DNA from: a virus
Lineage: Duplodnaviria; Caudoviricetes
Length of the DNA: 60,175 nt
Virus record (IMG/VR): IMGVR_UViG_3300025398_000018
Coordinates: 1-60,175 of that record
Strand: one strand, 5' to 3'
Position numbers and translations under genes: made by a program. The notes below the pieces were generated by a model. The model made no database searches. It worked only from the letters and a program-made list of their open reading frames with translations, and was not told the origin of the DNA. Below, piece after piece: positions 19,084-26,992 of this stretch (positions are counted from its first letter, which is position 1; every line of letters starts with the position of its first letter).

Positions 19084-19112
19084 TTGACAAACTTAGAATA
19101 AGAGAGTATGAT
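19084..19112 (+). promoter_or_regulatory. Sigma70 early promoter P1
   Basis: TTGACA-17 bp-TATGAT. Confidence 0.85.
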
Positions 19113-19150
19113 GTAGGTATGAATAGGGATTGGCTCTATTCGTAAACCAT

Positions 19151-19165
19151 TCGGGACTGTCCCGA
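19151..19165. repeat. Palindrome copy 1, TCGGGACTGTCCCGA
   Basis: Perfect inverted repeat that extends to 19149..19167. Confidence 0.85.
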
Positions 19166-19188
19166 ATAACTAAGAAAGGTATTACATC

Positions 19189-19743
19189 ATGACAACATCA
19201 ACACAATCTAAAGTAATCGCAACATTGGTTAAGACTTCACAAGGGGCTAATGTCAAAGTAGTATCCGACAAACCAAGCCTATCAGGTAGTGAGATTCTCG
19301 ACCTAGTGCAAGATTCAGCTAAGCAAGTATTGGCGTATAAATCCGCCGTTGATTCTCAGGTATCAAGCCTAGAATTGCTTAATGAGAAAATTGCTTGCTT
19401 GCACAATGGCGGGGTTCGTTTGCAAGATGGTCGAAGCAAGGACAAGCAAACCCTAGTAATCAAGACCGCATTTATTGATTCACTTGGCACGCTTAGCAAG
19501 TCTTATAAGCAAGACCAATGGGAACTGTTTTTTAAAGCGGTCAATTCAGGCAAGGCAATTAAGACCCTGAATAAATCCCGCAATAAATCGGACAAGGTTA
19601 AAAAAGAAAAAGATGCTCCCGCTTTCGCTGATGTATTGGCGAAGGTTTATAACCATGCCGACTTTGATTCTCTCTCACTTAGCACGCAAGATGAGATTAA
19701 GGATTTATTGTTAGAAGCGGGTTACGAATTGCCCGAAGCATAA
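19189..19743 (+). CDS. First early gene, unknown function
   Basis: Has its own promoter, a GAAAGG RBS and a double terminator downstream. Confidence 0.75.
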   Translation: MTTSTQSKVIATLVKTSQGANVKVVSDKPSLSGSEILDLVQDSAKQVLAYKSAVDSQVSSLELLNEKIACLHNGGVRLQDGRSKDKQTLVIKTAFIDSLGTLSKSYKQDQWELFFKAVNSGKAIKTLNKSRNKSDKVKKEKDAPAFADVLAKVYNHADFDSLSLSTQDEIKDLLLEAGYELPEA

Positions 19744-19758
19744 TCGGGATTGTCCCGA
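19744..19758. repeat. Palindrome copy 2, TCGGGATTGTCCCGA
   Basis: Directly after the stop codon of 19189..19743. Confidence 0.85.
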
Positions 19759-19766
19759 ATCACCTG

Positions 19767-19815
19767 ACCCCGCTTCGGCGGGGTTTTTTATTGCCCGCTT
19801 TTTGCGGGCTTTTTT
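19767..19815 (+). terminator. Tandem intrinsic terminators
   Basis: ACCCCGC-TTCG-GCGGGGT-TTTTT, then GCCCGC-TTTTT-GCGGGC-TTTTTT. Confidence 0.85.
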
Positions 19816-20238
19816 GTTGCCCAAATTCTGTGGGAACTATCATTTTTTTAAGTAGGCGAGTCGGCTAAGCTGTCGTGTAAGTGTGTATAACTTAGTGTGG
19901 CTTAGCATTAAAGCACAACTTGCACAATTACCGCAAATATTCCAGCAGGGTTGGAAAAATCTGCAGACCTTTGTTTATAAGGCTCGCAGGGTAGTCAGTT
20001 TATATTATTCCAATAAATATATAAATATAAAAAGGTTAGTAGTAGTAGAGGTGTTACTCAATGTATTACGAAGAATTTCGCTCCAGCCTTTGGTCTTCGA
20101 AAAAGCTGGAAAAGAAGAATATTCCCGCAGAATCAATAAACACAGGGGGGTAATTTTCCAGACCCTCCAAAAATTGGAAAAATACGCAAATTACAACGCT
20201 ATTCCGCATTACACCGCATTACACTAAGCTAACAACAT

Positions 20239-20253
20239 TCGGGACAGTCCCGA
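20239..20253. repeat. Palindrome copy 3, TCGGGACAGTCCCGA
   Basis: Upstream of a putative promoter (TTGAAA-18-TATACT, 20274..20303) for the RHH gene. Confidence 0.85.
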
Positions 20254-20359
20254 TTAAGCACACTAAAAACATATTGAAATTCTCGTTACTCATCTGATAT
20301 ACTTTGACTACTCAGAACTACCAATTCTGATATATCATTTAACCATCAAAGGAGTATCA

Positions 20360-20632
20360 ATGAACAGTCAAAAACCTGACCTAAAAGGTGCAGTTCTAGC
20401 AATTCGTATGTCCCCCGAGTTACTAAAACAGTTAAATGCCCTCGCAAAACAGAAACATATCGGCACAGCGACAATGGCACGAACAGCCCTCGTAAACTAC
20501 CTAACCGAAGAAGCACCCAACGCTTTAATTAGTGCATCACAATCTGTGCCAACCCTACAAAATAAATTCAATCCAGCTAAGTTCAAAACGCCAGCCGAAC
20601 AAAAAGCGTGGGAAGATGAGTGGGACTATTAG
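20360..20632 (+). CDS. Ribbon-helix-helix DNA-binding protein
   Basis: VLAIRMSPELLKQLNALAK...TATMARTALVNYL matches the RHH pattern; AAGGAG RBS. Confidence 0.65.
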   Translation: MNSQKPDLKGAVLAIRMSPELLKQLNALAKQKHIGTATMARTALVNYLTEEAPNALISASQSVPTLQNKFNPAKFKTPAEQKAWEDEWDY

Positions 20633-20633
20633 C

Positions 20634-20918
20634 ATGAACATAAACATACTTGAGCATATAAAACAAACTCTATACCGAATCAGACGAGCTAAGCATAAAC
20701 CGATGCCTATGGTGGAGGAAAAGATTGTCAAGAAAAAGGAAATGATTGTAAAGAAAAAGCGGGAGCAGATTAAAGCTATCGTCAATGAGCAAGAACTGTC
20801 ACTCAAAGAAATTGCAGACAAATACAATTTAGATTTAAGAACAGTTAGAGCTAGGCATAAGGTAGGCAATAAGGGCAAGCTACTTATCAGACCTACTAAC
20901 CGCAAGAAACCGACTTGA
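20634..20918 (+). CDS. Small basic protein with HTH-like C-terminus
   Basis: LSLKEIADKYNLDLRTVRAR; start moved to 20634. Confidence 0.55.
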   Translation: MNINILEHIKQTLYRIRRAKHKPMPMVEEKIVKKKEMIVKKKREQIKAIVNEQELSLKEIADKYNLDLRTVRARHKVGNKGKLLIRPTNRKKPT

Positions 20919-20943
20919 CAAACATAGTGTAAGCTGTTATAAT
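20915..20943 (+). promoter_or_regulatory. Consensus sigma70 early promoter P2
   Basis: TTGACA-17 bp-TATAAT with extended -10 TG. Confidence 0.9.
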
Positions 20944-20983
20944 GTAGTTATAAGTGGTAGTAGTATGTATTAAGCGGAGTAAG

Positions 20984-20998
20984 TCGGGACAGTCCCGA
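20984..20998. repeat. Palindrome copy 4, TCGGGACAGTCCCGA
   Basis: 46 bp downstream of the P2 -10 start. Confidence 0.85.
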
Positions 20999-21050
20999 AT
21001 AGGTAAGCCAAGACAAGTTGTCGCTTCCCCGCTTAGTCCAATTAGCCACA

Positions 21051-21063
21051 GCTCTTTAACAAT
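21051..21063 (+). promoter_or_regulatory. boxA antitermination element
   Basis: GCTCTTTAACAAT matches the rrn boxA consensus; located in an untranslated leader. Confidence 0.7.
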
Positions 21064-21386
21064 ACGGCAAATGCTCACGAACACAGAGTGAGTTTAGAGT
21101 AGGCGTAGGCTTATGAAGCCCATTTAAGCGGGCGGTTAGTTTCTAAGACCGAGCAGTATCTCTAAGGTTGTTTGTATGTGTAGGTGATGAAAGGGTTACT
21201 ACTTAGTATGCGTTACGCATCGGGAAACCCCTGACTATCCACACCTATGCCACACATATAAACTTATCCCACGCCCATAACCCATGACAATGACTGCAAG
21301 AAACTAGCAGAGGGCAAACAAAATATAGGTTGTATCGGGGAGGGCTATGCCTTCTCCAATGTAACTTAACCAACGAAAGGAAATAC

Positions 21387-21572
21387 ATGACAACACACTA
21401 CAAAGGGCAACGCATTGACGAGTTGCTTGAGATTATCAAAGAGATGGAGAATAGACTTAAAGCCATCTCGACAGACCCATTTTCGATGTCGCAACACGAA
21501 GAACTTGCACAAGGCTATTCAACACTAATCATAGCTAAGGCAAAACTAACCGCAATACAAGGAGAAAAGTAA
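21387..21572 (+). CDS. Early hypothetical protein
   Basis: GAAAGG RBS; start moved to 21387. Confidence 0.6.
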   Translation: MTTHYKGQRIDELLEIIKEMENRLKAISTDPFSMSQHEELAQGYSTLIIAKAKLTAIQGEK

Positions 21573-21661
21573 TGATTGGACTAATTAAAGTTGTGCTGAT
21601 GAGTGCGATTGGTTTGATTGCACTTGTTTCTTTTATTGAAACTTGGAGGGTATTACTATGA
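21572..21661 (+). CDS. 29-aa membrane peptide (MIGLIKVVLMSAIGLIALVSFIETWRVLL)
   Basis: AGGAG RBS; overlaps both neighbours; hydrophobic. Confidence 0.5.
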   Translation: MIGLIKVVLMSAIGLIALVSFIETWRVLL

Positions 21662-21834
21662 CGAACAGCCTTAACTACTACTACGGACATGGTAGGTTCG
21701 AGGTCTATTGGGGCGATACTTTAGTAATTGAGTTGCCTCATGCCGAGCCAGACATGACTGACAAAGAGTGCGACGAGTTAGCCAACGAGCTATGGACAGA
21801 TTACCTTACCGCCACAAAAGGAGTAATGCCATGA
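21658..21834 (+). CDS. Early hypothetical protein
   Basis: GGAGG RBS. Confidence 0.55.
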   Translation: MTNSLNYYYGHGRFEVYWGDTLVIELPHAEPDMTDKECDELANELWTDYLTATKGVMP

Positions 21835-22028
21835 GATGCCATAAGTGTGATGACAGGGTAGCAAAGAAGCGTTGGGATTTAGGCTATCGCCTATGTCTTG
21901 ACTGTGGTGATGAAGTAGCAAGTAGAGTGGTTCGTTGTGTTGTCCCGATGCACAAATCGAACTATATGCTGGTTACAAACCAAGCAGACCTAATCGGGGT
22001 TAATCAGAAAGGTGGGATAGTGAAGTGA
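21831..22028 (+). CDS. Small Zn-finger protein
   Basis: CHKC...CLDC; ATGA overlap. Confidence 0.6.
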   Translation: MRCHKCDDRVAKKRWDLGYRLCLDCGDEVASRVVRCVVPMHKSNYMLVTNQADLIGVNQKGGIVK

Positions 22029-22264
22029 CTATAAAGATATTAAGAGATGGGTGCAGTCGTCTGACTGTGAAAGAAAACGCAGAGATAAACAGGAACAGTA
22101 TTACCCATCTAATCAAGACCTTAGCCACAAGGCAAGAGAAGCGGGACTTGGTAGCTGAGCGTAATCCGTTGCACTATATGTTTGGAGAGTATCTATTAAC
22201 TCGTAAGTATGATGAGTTGTATGAAGATTTTATTAACCGCAATTACATAGGGAGAATCAAATGA
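22025..22264 (+). CDS. Early hypothetical protein
   Basis: Coupled ORF. Confidence 0.5.
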   Translation: MTIKILRDGCSRLTVKENAEINRNSITHLIKTLATRQEKRDLVAERNPLHYMFGEYLLTRKYDELYEDFINRNYIGRIK

Positions 22265-22467
22265 ATAAAGAAGAATTAAAACAGGATAGCTGGCGTGATG
22301 ACTTGCTAGTAGAGATGAAAGAACTTGCTAGGCTAGGTATCAATGTGCCTAAAGGTGCGTATAAGATGGCAGAGCAAGCCTTGCTAGAAGATTATCAGAG
22401 TATGGATAACACCGAAGTTGTAGACTATTTAATTTTTATGTCACAAACCATAGGAGAAAGAGCATGA
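22261..22467 (+). CDS. Early hypothetical protein
   Basis: GGAG RBS; coupled ORF. Confidence 0.55.
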   Translation: MNKEELKQDSWRDDLLVEMKELARLGINVPKGAYKMAEQALLEDYQSMDNTEVVDYLIFMSQTIGERA

Positions 22468-22594
22468 TTAAGAAGATTAAAGAAACAATCCAAGTAATAC
22501 CCCAAAAGGTATACACACCAGCACCGCACCCACAACAGCATAGGATTGATGCAATCCGTATCGTGCCAAGCCTAATCACATCAGGAGAAAGAAA

Positions 22595-22798
22595 ATGAGA
22601 ACATCATTAGACAAGAACTTACGACCACTACCACGCACACTCAGCGAAGCTAATCGTGATGCCGAGTATTGCATAGCTATAAACACATTTACATCAGACG
22701 CTAAGCTGGCATTTAATTTCTTAGTTGATGCGTTGATTGGTGCAAGCATTGTAGGCACAGGAATCTTGGCTTGCTATGCAGTCGTAATGATGTTATAA
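22595..22798 (+). CDS. Small protein with C-terminal transmembrane helix
   Basis: AGGAG RBS; PRTL.EA motif; hydrophobic end. Confidence 0.55.
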   Translation: MRTSLDKNLRPLPRTLSEANRDAEYCIAINTFTSDAKLAFNFLVDALIGASIVGTGILACYAVVMML

Positions 22799-22799
22799 T
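22771..22799 (+). promoter_or_regulatory. Sigma70 early promoter P3
   Basis: TTGCTA-17 bp-TATAAT with extended TG; shares TGTTATAATGTAGT with P2. Confidence 0.75.
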
Positions 22800-22835
22800 G
22801 TAGTATAAGTAGTAGATGTTTGTTGTTAAACCATT

Positions 22836-22850
22836 TCGGGACTGTCCCGA
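22836..22850. repeat. Palindrome copy 5, TCGGGACTGTCCCGA
   Basis: 42 bp downstream of the P3 -10 start. Confidence 0.85.
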
Positions 22851-22873
22851 TTTTACTTTTTGAAAGGCTGTAT

Positions 22874-23758
22874 ATGAACTTACTTAATGACAATGACTTT
22901 GCATACTCAAAGATTAGTAGTAGTGCCATGCTCGTAGACTTATCCTTATCTGTATGGACAGGGCGTAAGCTAGACAAGACTGTTAGTGCCGAGGTGGACT
23001 TAAACAAGAACGCCAAAGGTCGGGCTGGCAATTATCACAAGAACTTATTGGCTGGTTCGGAGAAGCTGGCAGAGATAGGCAAACTATCATCAGCAATCCG
23101 TAATTGGTCTTACTCACAAACTTCCCCTTGGTCAGACGCTGGCACTCGCTTGCTTCCATCTACCTTATTCTTTGACTACAAATCGAAGCTCACAGAATAC
23201 GAAAAGATGTTTACCGATAAGGTTACAGAATTTCTGGGTGAATACGATGTCCTTGTTTCTAAAGCCGCTTTTCAGTTGGGCGACCTATTTAATAGGGAGG
23301 ACTACCCCGAGGTTGAAAAGATTCAAAGTAAATTCGGTATGCACTATACATTCAGTCCAGTCCCCGAAGCGGGCGACTTCCGAGTAGATATTGGTGAGGC
23401 TGGTATGAAGGAGTTACAGGAACGATACAGCCAAGCATATAAGTCACGGATTGAAGCCTCAATGAAAGATGTTTGGGAGAGATTGCATGACGCGTTATCC
23501 AAGATGTCGGAACGCTTTGACTATGACGGCTCAGGAACTAAAAAGATATTTAGAGATAGCCTTGTCGAGAACGCACAAGAACTCACAGGCTTACTCAAAC
23601 ATCTAAACATCACAGGAGATATTCAGATGGAAGCTATGCGCAAAAGGTTGGAGGGGTTGCTTAGTGGTTGCGATGCAGATTCATTCAGAGAAGATGATGC
23701 GCTACGCACCAATACTAAGTCGGCACTAGACGAAATGCTCAAGAAGTTTGCCATATGA
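22874..23758 (+). CDS. DUF3150-like protein
   Basis: LSLSVWTGRKLD, PWSD.G.RLLP, LGDLFN.EDYP, DFR motifs; GAAAGG RBS; start moved to 22874. Confidence 0.6.
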   Translation: MNLLNDNDFAYSKISSSAMLVDLSLSVWTGRKLDKTVSAEVDLNKNAKGRAGNYHKNLLAGSEKLAEIGKLSSAIRNWSYSQTSPWSDAGTRLLPSTLFFDYKSKLTEYEKMFTDKVTEFLGEYDVLVSKAAFQLGDLFNREDYPEVEKIQSKFGMHYTFSPVPEAGDFRVDIGEAGMKELQERYSQAYKSRIEASMKDVWERLHDALSKMSERFDYDGSGTKKIFRDSLVENAQELTGLLKHLNITGDIQMEAMRKRLEGLLSGCDADSFREDDALRTNTKSALDEMLKKFAI

Positions 23759-23952
23759 AGATAGGTGACTATGTATTGTTTGATGATATTGCTTGGGTGA
23801 TTATACGAAAGCATAAAGATGGGACTTATCAAATCCAAACTTTAGAACCACTAAGGATATGGATAAACAACATACAAGTAGAGCCTAAAGATATAACAGT
23901 AATAACCAAAGAAGTAGCAGATGTAGTAAGGAGTGTGTATGAAAGTAGGTGA
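23755..23952 (+). CDS. Small hypothetical protein (MKIGDYV)
   Basis: Coupled ORF; resembles the next gene. Confidence 0.55.
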   Translation: MKIGDYVLFDDIAWVIIRKHKDGTYQIQTLEPLRIWINNIQVEPKDITVITKEVADVVRSVYESR

Positions 23953-24133
23953 TTGGGTTGTCCATGAAGATGGGCGGGTAGGGAAGATAACTGTGATGCA
24001 CTTTGATGTGGGGTTTCACTTAGTTATGTATGACAACACCTTTGCCCGCAATACGCATCAAAAGTTTTTAACAGTATTAGAACCAGCAGTAGGAGATATT
24101 TTAACCGCAGTTCAACACAACGAGGAGAAGTAA
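23939..24133 (+). CDS. Small hypothetical protein (MKVGDWV)
   Basis: AAGGAG RBS. Confidence 0.55.
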   Translation: MKVGDWVVHEDGRVGKITVMHFDVGFHLVMYDNTFARNTHQKFLTVLEPAVGDILTAVQHNEEK

Positions 24134-24135
24134 AA

Positions 24136-25203
24136 ATGGAATTATACAAATCAGTATCACTACAACAATGTGCAGACCTAATTGGTGCAGTCGGCTCAGA
24201 TGTAACAGTCTTAGCTCAAGGCGAGATGGGTATCGGCAAATCATCAATGCTAAAGATGTTACAGGCTAAATTCCCTGACTACTTTGTATGTTATGGCGAC
24301 ATGACTACTAAAGATGTGGGCGACTTTCTTGTCCCTAAGATTCGGGACATCAATGGGGTCGAGGTAACTAGCTTTATTCCTAACGAGGAGTTCGGCTTTC
24401 ACCATAACAAGCCGATTGTCTTAATGCTTGACGAGATAGGCAAGGCAAGTAAAGGTGTTATGAACGCTTGTTTACGCTTGATGCTTGAGAGAAAGCTAGG
24501 CACTTACAGTTTGCCCGAAGGCTCTATCGTGTTTGCTACGACTAACCTTGCACAAGAGGGTATCGGTGATATGCTTCCGCCCCATGCCCGCAATCGTATG
24601 TCGGTAGTGAAAGTTCGCAAGCCATCAGCAGACGAGTGGATTGAGTGGGCGTTAGATGCAAACATTGCACCCGAGGTTATCCTGACTGTCAAAGAATTTC
24701 CTATGATGCTGTCTAGCTTTGAGGACTATTCAGATAGCAAGGACAACGAGTATATCTATGACCCTCGCACGCCTAGACCATCATTCGTTACGCCTCGCAG
24801 TCTAGAGAAGGCAAGCAGTATCTTGAAGGCAACGCAAGGCTTACCCGAAGATGTTATTGGTTGTGCAATCAAAGGCACAATCGGCGCACGAGCTTGTTAC
24901 GATATGCTCAATATTGTCAAACTATCATCAGACCTTCCTTCATGGGAGTCTATTATGGACAGTCCCGAAAAGGCTCAGTTGCCCGAGAGTCCAGCCGCAG
25001 TTTGTATGCTTGTGTATTCAGCAGTCCAGCGTGTTGAGAAGGACACAATCAATAAGTGGATTAAGTATATGAACCGCATCAGCAAAGAGGCTCAAGGCTT
25101 ATTCGCTACATCAGTCATGCGGACTCAGAAGAAAACAGTAGTAGGCACAAGCACAGAGTTCGTGAAGTGGGCTACTACAAACAATTATCTTTTCGCACAA
25201 TGA
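24136..25203 (+). CDS. AAA+ ATPase (MoxR-like)
   Basis: GEMGIGKS Walker A, LMLDE Walker B, ATTN sensor, TPRS motif. Confidence 0.85.
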   Translation: MELYKSVSLQQCADLIGAVGSDVTVLAQGEMGIGKSSMLKMLQAKFPDYFVCYGDMTTKDVGDFLVPKIRDINGVEVTSFIPNEEFGFHHNKPIVLMLDEIGKASKGVMNACLRLMLERKLGTYSLPEGSIVFATTNLAQEGIGDMLPPHARNRMSVVKVRKPSADEWIEWALDANIAPEVILTVKEFPMMLSSFEDYSDSKDNEYIYDPRTPRPSFVTPRSLEKASSILKATQGLPEDVIGCAIKGTIGARACYDMLNIVKLSSDLPSWESIMDSPEKAQLPESPAAVCMLVYSAVQRVEKDTINKWIKYMNRISKEAQGLFATSVMRTQKKTVVGTSTEFVKWATTNNYLFAQ

Positions 25204-25211
25204 GGTGAACC

Positions 25212-25406
25212 ATGACGATAACAGTAAAAGACCTAATTAAAAAACTTGAAGGATTAGACCCGAATCGTGTTGTTTACATAGAAAGCGAAGACTACCATTA
25301 TCTTGAGCTAGAAGATGGCGTTGAGGTTGAAGACCAAGATGGTGTAGTCGTAATCAAACCACAGTATTACTACATCAATGAGGTGAACCATGCTAACAAC
25401 AGTTAA
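25212..25406 (+). CDS. Small hypothetical protein flanked by 17-bp direct repeats
   Basis: GAGGTG RBS; begins TVKDLIKKLEGLDP. Confidence 0.6.
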   Translation: MTITVKDLIKKLEGLDPNRVVYIESEDYHYLELEDGVEVEDQDGVVVIKPQYYYINEVNHANNS

Positions 25407-26568
25407 GAATCTTACGCAAGAACAGCGTATCGAACGATGTCATATAGACCTGATGAAGCACCCGCAATTCGTTGCATATAGTGGGGTGCTGATGGTCGGT
25501 AGTGTGAAGGTTGAATCAGACCCGAGCAAATGCCCAACGGCTTATACCAATGGGCGTGATGTTGTTTACAGTCGGGACTTTATTAGTAATCTAACTGACC
25601 CCGAGTTGCGTGCAGTAATCCTACACGAGAACAAGCACAAGATGTATCGGCATATTGCTACATGGAAACATCTATGGAAGCAAGACGCTAACAAAGCTAA
25701 TCGTGCGTGTGATTATGTAATTAACTTGGAGATTGCAGATGAAGACAAGAAATCGAATGGGTTTATCAAACTACCCAAATGCGGACTATATGATGAAAAG
25801 TATCGTGGACTTAACTCGGCGGAAGTATTCGCTTTACTCGATGACGACAATGGCGGGGGCGAGGGAGATGGTATTGACGAGCATGGTTGGGAAGATGCCG
25901 ACTCTATGTCCGAGGAAGAAAAGCAGGAGTTGGGTAAGCAGATAGACCAAGCGATTCGTCAGGGTGCAATTCTAGCGGGTAAGGTTGGCGGTAGTTTAGA
26001 TAGATGCTTTACAGACCTGATGTCAGCTAAGGTGAATTGGAAGGAAGCCTTGCGTGAGTTTGTCAGTAGTGTGTGTAAAGGTAAAGATGATTCTACATGG
26101 GCTAAACCTAATCGTAGATGGTTACAGCATGACATCTATATGCCCTCGACAATCAGCGAAACAATGGGTCGGTTGGTCGTTGCAGTAGATACATCAGGCT
26201 CTATCGGTGGTGATGCAATCAATCGCTTTCTGTCCGAGGTGGTGGGTATCATGAACAATGTGAACCCCGAGCTAGTGGACTTACTGTATTGGGATAGCGA
26301 GGTTGCTGGTCATGAGGTATATGGTCAGGGTGATGGCGACAAGCTGATGGCTTCTACTAAACCTAAGGGCGGTGGTGGCACAAGCCCATCATGTATCACT
26401 AAGTATCTCAAAGACAATAGCATTGTCCCTGAGTGTGTGGTTGTGCTTACAGATGGTTATGTAGGTAACGACTGGGGTGGAACATGGTCAAGCCCTGTGT
26501 TGTGGTGCATCGTAGGCGGTTGCAAAGATGTGCCAAGTGTAGGTCAATCAATTCATATGGAGGATTAA
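25390..26568 (+). CDS. Metallopeptidase + vWA domain protein (DUF2201-like)
   Basis: HENKH (HExxH), DTSGS MIDAS, GGGT and LTDG motifs. Confidence 0.8.
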   Translation: MLTTVKNLTQEQRIERCHIDLMKHPQFVAYSGVLMVGSVKVESDPSKCPTAYTNGRDVVYSRDFISNLTDPELRAVILHENKHKMYRHIATWKHLWKQDANKANRACDYVINLEIADEDKKSNGFIKLPKCGLYDEKYRGLNSAEVFALLDDDNGGGEGDGIDEHGWEDADSMSEEEKQELGKQIDQAIRQGAILAGKVGGSLDRCFTDLMSAKVNWKEALREFVSSVCKGKDDSTWAKPNRRWLQHDIYMPSTISETMGRLVVAVDTSGSIGGDAINRFLSEVVGIMNNVNPELVDLLYWDSEVAGHEVYGQGDGDKLMASTKPKGGGGTSPSCITKYLKDNSIVPECVVVLTDGYVGNDWGGTWSSPVLWCIVGGCKDVPSVGQSIHMED

Positions 26569-26955
26569 ATGGGATATAGGTCAACAGTTGCATACAAGAT
26601 AGCCTTTAACATGAAAGAGGACTTTTGGGGGTTCGTAGCGGAAGCCAAGCTAGACCCTGAAACTCAATTATGTTTTAACGACAAAGACAATCCTGAGTGT
26701 TTTGTAGTAGATGAGGAGAAGTATGAGATTAGTTTTCTTGCTGAGGATTGGAAGTGGTATGAAGATTATCCTGAGGTCAAGGCTCACGAAGCATTGTTTA
26801 ATAAAGCGGAGGAGCGAGATAGCGAGGGTATAGAAGTAGATGGTGCGTATTGTAGGATAGGTGAGGAGTCAGATGATAACCATGAAAGATATTTTGGTAA
26901 TGACCCTTACGATATGGTGCGTATTAGTAGGCAGGTAGTAGTTGATTGGATGTAA
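26569..26955 (+). CDS. Hypothetical protein (MGYRS...)
   Basis: GGAGG RBS; WKWY..Y and RIGEE motifs. Confidence 0.65.
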   Translation: MGYRSTVAYKIAFNMKEDFWGFVAEAKLDPETQLCFNDKDNPECFVVDEEKYEISFLAEDWKWYEDYPEVKAHEALFNKAEERDSEGIEVDGAYCRIGEESDDNHERYFGNDPYDMVRISRQVVVDWM

Positions 26956-26970
26956 TCGGGATTGTCCCGA
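26956..26970. repeat. Palindrome copy 6, TCGGGATTGTCCCGA
   Basis: Directly after a stop codon; followed by ATAACTAA(C)GAAAGG, as in copy 1. Confidence 0.85.
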
Positions 26971-26992
26971 ATAACTAACGAAAGGAAGCAAA

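Larger units (their letters stand above)
20950..21375 (+). ncRNA. Long structured leader / candidate ncRNA
   Basis: No credible ORF. Multiple nested stems, e.g. 20971-20977/21029-21035 and 21170-21197/21226-21263. Confidence 0.5.

Noticed and set aside
19883-20227. 114-aa ORF
   Set aside because: GTG start with no RBS, directly after terminators, over repeat-rich AT sequence; probably non-coding.
21184-21232. Hammerhead ribozyme (TGATGA...GAAAC)
   Set aside because: The core reads GTGATGA rather than CTGATGA, and the GAAAC bases are used in the GGGTT/AACCC stem.
24957-24968. Partial palindrome GGACAGTCCCGA in the AAA gene
   Set aside because: The left arm is incomplete and it lies within coding sequence; not counted as a copy.
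19151-26970. Palindromic repeats as a CRISPR array
   Set aside because: The repeats are only 15 bp, irregularly spaced by 0.5-4 kb with genes between them, and there is no cas operon. The Cas4-like gene is an ordinary phage exonuclease.
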